From Dimorphilus gyrociliatus (Eukaryota > Animalia > Annelida), in NCBI GenBank assembly GCA_904063045.1, contig CAJFCJ010000010.1, positions 1,674,001-1,738,000 of the forward strand: a stretch of DNA of 64,000 nt. Reading direction: 5' to 3'. Below are positions 1 to 12,200 of this stretch, piece by piece. Position numbers and translations under genes: made by a program. The notes under the pieces are model-generated. The model saw only the letters and a list, made by a program, of their open reading frames with translations. It was not told where the DNA came from and made no database searches. Every line of letters begins with the position of its first letter. Position 1 is the stretch's first letter.

Positions 1-479
1 TTTTTAATAAAATTGGATAGAATACTGGAAATATTATAGTATTTTAAAGCATTTTTCATATAAATCACTAAATTAAAAATATTATTCAATTTCTTAAAAA
101 TATGAACAGTAAACGTAAGCGTAATTTGTTATTAACTTTCCCGCCAGAATTACAAGCATGTTCTTTTCTATTTAGTGCTCAATATTAATTTTTAGATTTC
201 TGGAAGCAAATTAAAAACTTCCGGTTACAAAAATTTTAATTAGAATTTTTTAAATTAATTCATAATAATATTTAAATTATGAAAGATTATAAGTAAAAAG
301 AAAATCTTTTTTAGTATATTTATTGAGAACTAAATTCTAGTCGTCAATGGTTACAAAGCAAACATGCCGATTCTAAAACTAGTGCAGTGCCGGGAGCAAC
401 TCAAACAAAAGCTGCACTAGAAGCGTTTGATTTAATTTGATTTTTGGTAAAAGGTATCTAAAAACATTTTGGATAAAAG

Positions 480-3182
480 ATGACGAAGTATTGTATATGT
501 CAGATTTGTAACTGCGGGTTAGTAAGACGATTAATTCTTTGTTTTGATATTCTTTCCTATTGTTTTGGAATATGAAGACTGAATGGATTTATATCATTGC
601 ATTATTTTCTATCTTATTCATATAGGAGACATCATTGCCCACTTCATTCACGAGGGCCACTAAGAGCAAGAAGTAGTGGACCTTGTCCAATAACTGAATA
701 TGCCCAGAGATATAGAGAACACCCTCTTCAAGCTACTAAAACTGCTAAGCCGGACGCAACAGCTTTCCGTAGTGATCAACCACTGGACAATAAAACAACC
801 CATAGGTAAGACCTGTCAATCCATAGATAATTAGTTTAAACAGAAAATTTACTCTAATACGCTTGTATCATATACTATTATAGACAAATTTTTACGTAGT
901 TTATTTTAATAGTAACTGATATTATACTCTAAAGATAAGTCTTATCTATAAAAGGAAACAAATTGTGTCTATAAATCATAAACACTTGTACTGTTTTTTA
1001 TGATTATTGAAAAGTGATCTAAAAGCAACTTATCTCTAAATCTTGAATTTTATTATAAATGTTGTTGATATATATTGAGACATTCACGCGACTTTCCAAT
1101 CTTATTAGTGGAATGATGTCACTAAAACAATAAGAAAAAGGCTGAAAAATTCTTATTAATGTCTTTTTAATTGTTTTTTTTTTTGGTTGCCTATAACGTT
1201 TCATTTATTTTCTTTTTCAAATAGAGTTGACTTCATAAAGCATCCTCTTGAGAGGCCTCATGTTCACCAAAGTGAAGATTATAAACCTCCTGAAGGAGAT
1301 TTTGAAGGAATGACTAATTATCGTAAAGATTTTGATCGTAAGTTAATTTTTTATTGATCGTTCGACATAAAAAGTCATTGTATTATTGATATTTCTTAGG
1401 AAAACAAATTAATAGGGCTAAACCAATGAAACCGGCGGATTTAAAGAAATCTTTAGGACCGTTCAAAGGCGAACCAACATATAGAAGTAAGATTTTACAA
1501 CATGCTTTCATAGTCCACCTTACTGTCGATTCTTTTTTTATTCAATTATTCTAATACCTTTTATATTCTTAGCTGACTATAGGAAGTGGCCGATGGAGAG
1601 GAATCTACCAATCATGAAATCTGACTACTCACCACCAGATGCTAAGTTTGAAGGCCTTCCAACTTACAAGAAAGATTATGTCAAATACAATGAACCCCCA
1701 AGGCAGTCAATGAAGCCTCTAGATGTGGCGAAGGGCTCCGATCATCCCTTCGATGATAGAACTGGTTATAGAGATCATTACATTAAACATCCTCTACCTG
1801 AGAAAGAGATTAAAGAAAAGGAAATGTGGAAACCTAACAAAGCTCCTTTGGATGGCTTGTCTAACTATAAAAAAGATTATACAGAGAAATTTGGTGGCCC
1901 CACCGCGAGTTGTAAACCCGATGCGTCTGCTTTCCAGAGCGGAGCGCCACTGGAAGATACCACAACTCACAGGAATGATTTTAAGAAATGGGATGCTGAG
2001 AGACCATACGTTCATGAACCAGATCAATACAGAAAACCAGAAGGCGATATTGAGCTTTATACTACTCATAAGACCGACTTCACAAAGAAACCTTTAGCTA
2101 AACCTAAGTCTATGAGACCAGTAGATGCAAAGAAAGTTCCCGGAGCTTTTGATGATAAGACTAATTACCGAGAGGACTTTAAGAAATGGAATATGGAGAG
2201 AGAGAAACCAGTCATGAAGCCAGATTATAGTCCACCAGAAGCTCCATTCGAAGGTCTTCCAACCTATAAGAAAGACTATGTCAAATACAATGAACCCCCA
2301 AGGCAGTCAATGAAGCCTCTAGATGTGGCGAAGGGCTCCGATCATCCCTTCGATGATAGAACTGGTTATAGAGATCATTACATTAAACATCCTCTACCTG
2401 AGAAAGAGATTAAACATAAGGAAGCTTGGCAACCCAATAAAGCTCCTTTGGATGGCTTGTCTAATTATAAAAAAGACTACACAGAGAAATTTGGTGGCCC
2501 TACCGCGAGTTGTAAACCCGATGCGTCTGCTTTCCAGAGCGGAGCGCCACTGGAAGATACTACCACTCATAGGAACGATTTTAAGAAATGGGATGCTGAG
2601 AGACCATTCGTTCATGAACCAGATCAATACAGAAAACCAGAAGGCGATATTGAGCTTTATACTACTCATAAGACCGACTTCACAAAGAAACCTTTAGCTA
2701 AACCTAAGTCTATGAGACCAGTAGATGCAAAGAAAGTTCCCGGAGCTTTTGATGATAAGACTAATTACCGAGAGGACTTTAAGAAATGGAATATGGAGAG
2801 AGAGAAACCAGTTATGAAGCCAGATTATAGTCCACCAGAAGCTCCATTCGAAGGTCTTCCAACCTACAAGAAAGATTACGTAAAATATAATGAAGCACCA
2901 AGAAAATCTATGAGACCCTCAGAGGGTGGTATCAGAAGCGATGCTCCCTTCGACGATCAGACCATGTATAGAACCGAATACGTAAAGAAGCAGTCAGATA
3001 TATGTCCAGCAGCTATTTTGGACACAACTCAGTCTAAGTATAGCTATAGAGATCAAGATGATATAGGTCACAAATGGTACGAACCACTAAACGGAAAGAA
3101 CGCAATGACTTCTCAACAGATCGGTAGAACATACAGCGCTTCCTCCCAAATGAGAACCAACGAAGGTTTAGTTTGTGCCTAA
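480..3182 (+). CDS. SAXO: Stabilizer of axonemal microtubules (SAXO/FAM154 family), 5 exons: 480-517, 626-805, 1225-1337, 1400-1486, 1573-3182
   Basis: Spliced N-terminus MTKYCICQICNCGRHHCP matches the SAXO CxCxxCxCGRHHCP start. Repeated TT(Y/H)RxD(F/Y) Mn-type motifs follow. All junctions are GT-AG and in phase. Confidence 0.93.
1593..2900 (+). repeat. Intragenic tandem repeat, 600-bp (200-aa) period, about 2.2 copies, within the SAXO last exon
   Basis: Sequence lines 1681/2281, 1741/2341, 2041/2641 and 2101/2701 are identical. Shadow ORFs 1723-2097 and 2323-2697 are offset by exactly 600. Confidence 0.97.
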
Positions 3183-4205
3183 TTTCCAGATCTCTACGTT
3201 GCTACTACTATTAGATAATTATGTCAAAAAGAAAAAAGGGAAAAAAACAAAAATAATAACATTAAACGTCATAATAGAAAACTGCATAACTTCAGTAATA
3301 TTCAAAAAACAAAGAAGAAAACTTAAGGAAACATTGAAAGATTTTTATCTATTGTTTTAATATTTAATTTAAAATATTATCTTTATATCAGAAAGAAAAC
3401 TCAATGTTATGTTTTCTTTATGTATTATGTATCAAAAAAAGATTTGCTATACTTTAGCATGTTCTCGTCTTAATGCACTAGTTGTGAAATTATGAACTCT
3501 GTTAAATACGAAGCATGCAGAAAATACAAAAAGAATAAAAGATCTAATTTGTCAATTACTCTAACTTTAAGGTATATTATTTATTTTTTTAAGAAAATCA
3601 ATAGTTTTATATTAGAAACGAGAGATCTTTTAAATAGATTATCAATATTTTTATATTTATTTTAAAGGATTTATCGCTATTTAATCAAAATGTACTAAAT
3701 TCTTTCCCATTCCGTCTCTCTTCATACTATTCCCTTCTCTTATCTCCTTCTTACGAAGGTCTTATACTTTACAAGTATGTAGAGAAAATCAATGATACAC
3801 TTTAACAAATTAACTTCTCCAAAACACTAATTAGATAAACAAGTATCAATCATAATTTTCCAATAAACAAAATTAAAAAATTATTGATCTAAAAAAAGGT
3901 ATTATTTATTTTTAAAATATTGATTAAATGCCTAAAGGATTGGCTTATTTCTTTTTAAAATCTTTTGATTGGACTTCATAGAATATATTTACTATGTTAA
4001 AAGAAGATATTAGTTTATAGTTCGCTTATTGATTTTACCATAATATTCCTATTATTTATTAGGTTCTCTTTTAATATTAAATGTAGATTATATATTTTGA
4101 AATAACAAATTTTTATATACAAATATCTACAAGAGATAGGATATCAAATAATAGATGATTGTAAAAAAAAATATGTAAATATACATGTTTGTTGTACTGC
4201 CGTTG

Positions 4206-7200
4206 TTAGAAGAGTGTTGTACTAAATTTTGCTTTCATTTCAGGCGAATTTAGTAGTTCTTCAGATTCTTTTTCCATTGTTACCAGTTCTTCTTGAATAA
4301 AGCTGACACTCTGTTTAAATTCAACTGAATTCGTTTCTTGTCGAAATGAGAGAGTTTGCAATCCTGCCCTTTTCCGTATTTCTTCGAATCTTCCTATTAA
4401 ACCTTGAATATTACTCGAAGGACCAGGAGAATGATTTAATCTCTCCTTAGCCCTTTTGATAATACTATCGACATCTAAGTGATTCGATTCAATAGATTTG
4501 TTTGATATAGAAGAGGTGGGAGATGGACACTTTGCACCTTCTCTTGGCGTTAAGCTTGGAGTATTAGTACCAACAGCCGAATCGTCATCCAAATCCTCAG
4601 ATTCATTCAAAAGTTCATCATCTGCATCATCATCCTCATCAGCACCATCACCATCATCGTCGTCGTTCTCATTACTGTTATCTTTTTCATCACAACTGTT
4701 GTTATCGCCATCGTCGCTCTTGTTAACTTCTTCATTAAAGATAACATCATCAGAATTATACATTCGTTCATCGTCATGCATTAAATCTTCGATTTGTTCA
4801 CTATTATCTGACTCTTCATTCGAAATATAATTTTCTTTATCTGCATCGTCTTCTAAATCGACCAAACGAACATTTTCACATACTTGTTTATCTTCTAGCG
4901 AGCTTGATTTTTCGGTTTCTTCATTGAAGCTTAGTTTGCATCTGGTCTCCATTGAGAATTCATCGTCTTTAGACTCATTCATCATCCCTTCCACTAAGCT
5001 TACTGCCATTTGATCCATTTTAAGTGACGGTGAATCTTGAACAGTTTCACTAATTCCCTCTTCAACCTTTTTATCTTCAGCACAAGATGTAACTAAGCAT
5101 GCAGACTTTCCAAACTTGTTAACTTGAGGTGTAAAGCATTTATTTCTAGGTACACTAACGCCAGAAGGCTTCAATTCAGTTCGTTTCTTTAACACTGGCG
5201 CCTTATTCAATTTAGACATATCAGTTCTGCAATAGTAAAAAGAATACAGTTTAATTGCTTAAAAATAAAAGTATAACTTGATCAATTGTTTACCTTAGAG
5301 ATTTTAATTTTGGATTTATAACCGAAGTCTTTAAGTCTTTTTCCTTTTCAATTTTAATTTTACTATGTTTAGGTTTTGCCTTTGTTTCAAGTTTTCTTAG
5401 AATAGCTTCGGCCATTTCGGGTGTTTCGCCTAATTATTATAAAAATACGCTTGTTAAATACGTTAAATACTTTAAAATATTAATGTTATTATACCATTTC
5501 TATTCATATTTCCTAAACTTTTGCGTAAGAATCTAGCATCCTCAGGGGTTGGCCCCTCAAATGCTTCAAAACTTATTGGTGGAGTTGGCGGAGCAAGAGT
5601 GTATTTGGTTCGTCGCTTCTTTTAGAACAAATAATTCATTAAGATGGAAGCTTTTAGTATAAAATGAAAATTAATGGCACTTACAACATGACTTCCGCTG
5701 GGCGTGGATGAAAACCCTTCAGATAGTAATTGACTTACATTTTCCGAATGATCAGAGCATAATTTTTCTAAAGTACTTTTTAAGTCCATTAGGTTTGATA
5801 TATCGCTAAATCTTGATCTTTGAGATAATTCCAAAGTATTTAATTCCTTTGACAAACTTTGAAAGGGCACTTTTGTTGTTGATAAAAGATGAAATTAAAC
5901 ATAAGTATCACAAAAGAAGCATTGTTATTAATTATACCTTGTGATAGTTTTTTTCCTAAAAGGCACATGGAAATATTGCTCAACTTTAAGAAGTTAACAA
6001 AGTTCAATTTTCCATTTTCGAAAATTTGCTCAATTTTTGCCTAAAATTTGAATAAAAATATTAAAATATATTTGAAAGCTCTCAAGAGAGTAAACAGTAA
6101 TTAACCTTTCGTAATTCGTCTTCTGCATTATCTAATAAAACACTAGGTACTTGTATATTTAAATGATCAGCATCTATTGTATGCTCTCCTGCATTTTCAT
6201 TTGATAAATTTCTCATAGAGTTATAGCAATTAGCATTAATCTTTTCCAACCGATTCCATAATTTTCGTGCTTTTAAGCAGTTTTTATCCATATGTAAATT
6301 TCCAGTACAATCAGTTACAGATGTAAGCATCTGACGAACACCTGAATGTGCTGCTACTTGTTTAATTTGATCATGTTTTACACTTTCTAAATTTTTAATT
6401 GCTTTTTCTTTTGCTTTTAGCTCTTTAACCAATTGTCTGAAACGAGTAATTATATGAATAGATTCTTATTTACATCAAATAAACTTTTACATACGCTGCA
6501 TAAGATCTCCATTCTTTTTGTGAGTTATTTATAACTTGTGTTTGTTTCAAAAGTTTTCGTTTAGCGTCTTCACAGGCACAATAAAGTATATTTGATTGAA
6601 CTTTTGTATATTTTTGCATTTTCTTTTCAACAATAGGTGGTTGAAGAATGGCGGATGACGATTTGCCTACAGAAGAAAAAAACAGAGTTTATTTCATGAA
6701 TGAGCAGTTAAATGTGAATTTTACCTTTCATTGTGAGGATAGACCTACGAAGGACATACTCGCTAAAATAGAATAAAAACTGCAGAAATTTAGCTCCAGT
6801 TGGCGACATTAGAACGGTTTTTGATACTTGTGGTATTCTTGAATCAATATCATTCTGGAGTATTTAGTAAATTCAATATTCCATAAATTAATAAACGATT
6901 AGATAAATGATTACCTTACGAATATCTTCGATCCAATCAAAGCAGACTGTTCGAAATTCTTTGTCTTGTTTCTTATCTTCCACAGGCCAGCAGTCTTTGA
7001 ACAATTCTACAGTTCTTTCTGCCGATAACTTAGAAAAGAGAAAATGCATTATTATTTCAAATGCTGTTTTGTTCAGAACTGAGAAAAGATCCCTGAGTGA
7101 AAGTTGAGAAATTATTTTCAATAGAACAATACTATAGAAAAAAATCAACACTTACTTATTAGTAAAGGCTATTTTATACTTTTTCTCTTTAGTTTTTGCA

Positions 7201-7280
7201 TCGAATCCAAGAATATTTAACGTTGTTAAGATGCGATGATATATCATATTTGAATCGACAGGAATAAGAGATTTATTCAT
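4206..7280 (-). CDS. HAUS6: HAUS augmin-like complex subunit 6 (about 10 exons; ATG at 7280, last exon about 5227-4206)
   Basis: Spliced N-terminus ...LNILGFD...LFSVLNKTAFEIIMHFLF...FKDCWPVEDKKQDKEFRTVCFDWI...PQVSKTVLMSPTGAKFLQFLFYF matches the HAUS6 N-terminal domain (MFDKLNRDAF...FCWPPFDQKSDTEFR...LFLSPGGPKF). Long acidic C-tail. Canonical splice sites traced. Confidence 0.9.
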
Positions 7281-7329
7281 ACTGCTTTTGTCAGATTTTT
7301 CCAATAATAACTTCCAATTGAACTTTCTG

Positions 7330-7530
7330 CTTAATATTAATTAATTTCAATTAAAATGAAAAAAATTAATACAAAGTTGTAAGGAATGTAGATAGATTGA
7401 CCGCAACCCGCGTTACCGGAAGTTGTGTATCTGCTGTTTGTGTTTCCGTTTCCTGTCGCCAATGCGAGAGTAGGTTTCCTGTCGCCATTTTATTTCACGT
7501 GCAGAAATAACCATAGCCGAAAGAAACGCG
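7330..7530. promoter_or_regulatory. Bidirectional promoter of HAUS6 and SRSF2
   Basis: The two start codons are 255 bp apart head-to-head. ETS motif CCGGAAGT at 7416-7423; duplicated GTTTCCTGTCGCCA at 7448-7461 and 7474-7487, the second ending in a YY1-like CGCCATTT. Confidence 0.7.
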
Positions 7531-7534
7531 AAAA

Positions 7535-8415
7535 ATGAGTTATAACTCTAGAAGTCCCCCAGATATCAGTTCCATGACTTCTCTGAAGGTCGATAATTTA
7601 ACTTATCGAACAACGATCGAGGATTTACGTCATGCATTTGAGAAACATGGTGACGTCGGCGACGTCTATATTCCCAGGGATAGGTAAGTTTAAACTCTGC
7701 TTCTTGGAGAAGCTCCTTTAAGTGTTAGAAATAATTTAGAGAAGAACTATACGAAGCCTGGCTAAAGGGGACACCGTATTAAAGCTATTTTTTTCACAAT
7801 GCTCTTGCAGATATTCTAAAGAAAGCCGAGGTTACGCCTTTGTTCGTTTCTATGATAAAAGAGATGCAGAAGATGCTATGGATCGTTTAGATGGAACCGT
7901 ATTAGATGGTAGAGAAATCAGAATTCAACTTGCTAGATATGGAAGGCCAACTGACGGAAGAAGGGGTGACAGACGCCGTAGAAGCCGGTGAGTTTGTGCA
8001 TTCAGTGGCTATTGATGAGTTTTGAATGACATTGCTAGGTGTACTCATAATTACAAAAGTGAATTGTAAACTTGTGCACCAGCTTTCATTTACTAGGTTG
8101 TTATGTCCTAACTATTTGAAAAAGAGTACTTATAATTGAAAATATAATTAAAAAGAATAATAGGATATTTGAAACTTAAAACAAATTATTTTTTCACTTT
8201 TTAACACAATTGTACATTTGCCGTTCATCCTCAGTCGTGATGAGTATAGAAGATCGTATTCAAGATCCAGATCCAGATCAAAGGAGAGACGTCGAAGATC
8301 GAGAAGCCGAAGTCGAGAATGGGGAAAACGAAGGAAGGATAGTAGGGAACATTCAAGCAGCAGAAGCCCGAAAAGGCAATCGCATTCCGGATCAAGGTCC
8401 CCTAGAGATTATTAG
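7535..8415 (+). CDS. SRSF2: Serine/arginine-rich splicing factor 2 (SC35), exons 7535-7683, 7811-7987, 8235-8415
   Basis: [13 protein letters not shown]...[36 protein letters not shown] is the SRSF2 RRM, followed by an RS domain. Confidence 0.96.
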
Positions 8416-9222
8416 GTGGAAATAGGAGAAAAGAAGGCTGGATTCGTGTTTTTGCTAAGAGGCCAGAAAAGCTTAAAGGTTAAGTTTCTTTCTTTTGCGA
8501 CTTTCAAGCTTGAAGAGTCTTTGTTATTTTTTTTTTTTGCATGTGATTAGCATTTATTTCACCGTAAACTTCAACGTTTTTTATTTGGTAGTAAGTGTAC
8601 AGTTAGTAATGTTTACTGAAATCCAGCCTCAAATATGGAATGCTGATGAAGTAAAAATGTATTGTGTATATTTTTGATGATTATTATCCAAATAATCATA
8701 TAACCACCTTTTATCGTGTATTTCGACTATATATTTATATTTAAAAGTAAATTTATGTATGTAATATACAGACGCCGGGTAGCAGTTTTGCCGTATTGCT
8801 GTATATATCCAGTTTAGCTATTCTCGATCGTCGAGCCTGCTAACAGCTTTATTGCAGTACGTGGCGGGTTTTGCTGTCTAAAACATAATGAATACAGCTT
8901 AAGCTGAAAGTATGTGTTTTGTATAACAAACTTGGGCATTTCAACGATTTTGAAATTGACTCCATTTTTTGGCACTGTCTTGTTGTCAAATCTGTACACT
9001 GATTAAAAATAAACATTTAGCATAAAAAAACCGAAAGATAAGAGTAATTAAACATCGTAAGCTAACCAGCGCTTAGAATCAATATGCAAACATCTATCGC
9101 GTATTTATGGAGGAAAAGAAATCAATTTAGAATATGCGAAAAAAATGTTCGATTGAAACAATTTGGAGTGGCGCAGCTTTCTGTTTGGATTTTTTTTAAA
9201 TTTTATACTTTGCTGATATAAT

Positions 9223-12200
9223 ATGAGGTTTCTGTTACCTGTTTTCTTTGTGATTTTAGGTAAATCTACTTGTTTATTTTCTTATTGATTGAATTTTTAA
9301 TGATTTTCTGAACAAAATTCGTTGAACTATGCAGTTTTAACTGATGAGCAGTGTGTTGATAGAGCTTGCGTAATTTGTGAAAGAGGATATTACAAAAATG
9401 AGAGGTGTGTGAAATGTCCTGAGGATACCACAAACTTCTTTGTAGGTGCTACTTCCAGAGATGATTGTATACTTGCACCTCCACTACAAGAATATTTCAC
9501 TGTTAAAGGTACGATATAGTCAAAAATTAGGTATTAAGAATAGGTTAACGACATCTGACTTGGGGTTTATACTCGTCAATAATGACTAATGACTAAGTAG
9601 GCTTTACGTGTTGTTGAGTTTAAATAAACTATACGTATGTGTTTAGCCCCGAGTCTAATAAATATATTGTAATAACATTTCACAGATAAAAATTGCCCAC
9701 TTGGTACTGAAAATATATTGTCAAAATATTGTAAAGCCTGTTCATCTGTTTGTCCCGAATGTCCACCTAAATTTGGGACTTTAATAAGTGGTTCGAAAAA
9801 TAAAAATCAATGTTTGAAGTTGTCAGAAATTGACAAAATATTACTTCAACGGAAAGGTCACTATCTTATGGAATCTTTAATATTTATAAATGTAAAAAAT
9901 AAAATGTTGGAAATTTCTTTTCTTTAGACTATCAATGTCCAGATTTTACAGAAAGAGTAACAAACCCTGTTGAAGGGTGTAAACCTTGTTTGAACGGAAC
10001 AGTAATGTTTAACAAAAATCAAATGTTTTGCGAAAAGTGCAGACATCCGGATGGCATTTGTTCTGAAAGGGAATTTAAGGAAGAGGATTGCTTACCGGGA
10101 ACTCATTGGAACAAGAAATATTTACAATGCATACCATGCGGATATTCGTCTTTCAAGTAAAGAAATTACTTTATTTATATTAGGAAACAAATACGATACT
10201 TTTCCTATTTGAATGTATCATCTAGACTACAATATTTATATCTTTTAAAAAAGAGAGCTACAAAAATATTATAAAAGTAGAATTGTGTGATAGTTAATTG
10301 TTCAATACTTTTCTTTTTATATCCTTAATTATCATTAGCTTGGTAGACTTAGCGTGACGAGATAGTCTATTGAAGTACCATTCATTGCTATTTTTTTTCT
10401 TTTTTATGGATTTAAAGAAACGAAACTATGTCTAGCTGCATCGATTGTCCAGATAATAAATTTAACTACTTTAAAGGAGGAACAAATATCAGCGATTGTA
10501 TCCTGCCGAGTGTTAATGGAGGTCTTCCATTTTTCGTTCCAGGTGCGCATTTCGATTTTTATTCACTTTTTCCCTTTGTAGCGGCAATGTTTATTCTATT
10601 GTTTGTTTAAAAAACCTTGAATTTGTTTCCCTTTTATGACCCTTAAAAAAAGTGAATTAAACAGATGGCTTTATTTGAACAAAATTACTCATATGTTATA
10701 ATCGACGTTTGCTATGGAGTAAACAGAACAAAGAGCGCGTAAATTTTTATAATCAATGGTATGTAATTAATACGTCAAGGTTCACGACTAACGTAAAATA
10801 TGTAAAACGGCGAATAAATTATTAAAAATTTTGAAAAATCGACCGATTCATACGAGTTACCTATAAGTTCCCTTTATTTTTCTTTGCTTTAACTCGCTAA
10901 CCTTAATTTCCTTATGTTTATGTATACGGTTTATAACATTTTACAAACTTTCACCTGTGTCTATAGTGTTTTAAATGAATTTGCGGAAACGGTAATATTG
11001 ATTGCACAACATTTTCTAGATGATTGTCCTCCTGGTAGCGAGTATTCAGAGCTCAATGATGGCAATCGTCGTTGTATAGCTTGCGCTCAACACCACTATA
11101 GGGATGGAAAAACTAGATTATGCATTCAATGCCCAAAGGGTTTTGGAACTTTCCAACCGGGTTCCACGAAAATAGAGCACTGCAACAGGCCTTTGGCGTC
11201 AAATATGTCTTTACCCAAAACAGCAGAAGGCTGTCCAAAAGGATATGAAATTCAGTCAGATAAATGTGTGCCCTGTCCAAAGAATATGTTCAAAAGTAGT
11301 CAACTTGATGATTCAAATTGCCAACCTTGCCCGGAAAATACCATTGCCCTTTACGTTGGTTCTTCCTCTTGTCAGGAACTGATTCAAATTATAAGTTTCA
11401 GTCCTAACTCGACCAGAAAGGCAGATACAATTATTAATATCAAAATAAAAGGATCTTTTTCTGTCCAGTACATCTTAAATAGGATTACAATTGCAGAACA
11501 GCCATGTTTTACTAATGTTCTAAGGTAAATTACTTTTTTTAATTTATATATAATTGATAGGCTTGTTTAAGAATTGATTTCGTTTTGTTGATTTGCGAAA
11601 TATTCTTATAGGATATTCGAAAGAACAGAACTGATATGTACTGTAAGACATTCTCCTGAACCTGTAAGCGGACCGCTAAAGTTGATGTTGAATGATGAAA
11701 TTGTAGTTGAATCGAAAGACATATTTTCATTTTTAACAGTCCCAAAAATTGAATCAATTGATAGAGAAAAAACTTTCGAAAGGTAAATTCTCTCTCTCTC
11801 TCTCTCTCTTCTCTTTCTTCTTCTTCCTTGATCTAATCTAAACCTATTTTCCCCTTATCTACATAAATAACTTTTTCCTACTCAGCGGTGGTCTAATAGC
11901 CAGCGTTAAAGGATTCGATTTCAATTCAACTAATCCGTTAATGATTATTAGAATGGTTGAAGGAAACTTTACTACGGTTTGTTCTTAATATTAGATAAAC
12001 TTAGCTAGGTTGTTTTTTGTTAGTTTTCCTCTCGGTAAAAAGAAGCATTTTTGAATAATTTAAAATATTGAAAGGAGTTTTCCGAGGGAAAATTAATTAT
12101 AAAATGAATGTTTAATAAAAAATTGCTAATTTTATCTTTTCTCTTTCTTGTCTCAACGACAGAATTGTACTTTAGATTCTGACACACTTTTGGAATGTAT

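Noticed and set aside
379-420. 9-bp inverted repeat CTAGTGCAG/CTGCACTAG upstream of SAXO
   Set aside because: Short stem with a long loop, single occurrence, compatible with chance.
1723-2697. ORFs 1723-2097, 1794-2069, 2323-2697 and 2394-2669
   Set aside because: Alternate-frame or antisense shadows of the SAXO repeat; they duplicate only because the underlying DNA does.
4498-4830. Ser-rich plus-strand ORF
   Set aside because: Antisense shadow of the acidic HAUS6 tail.
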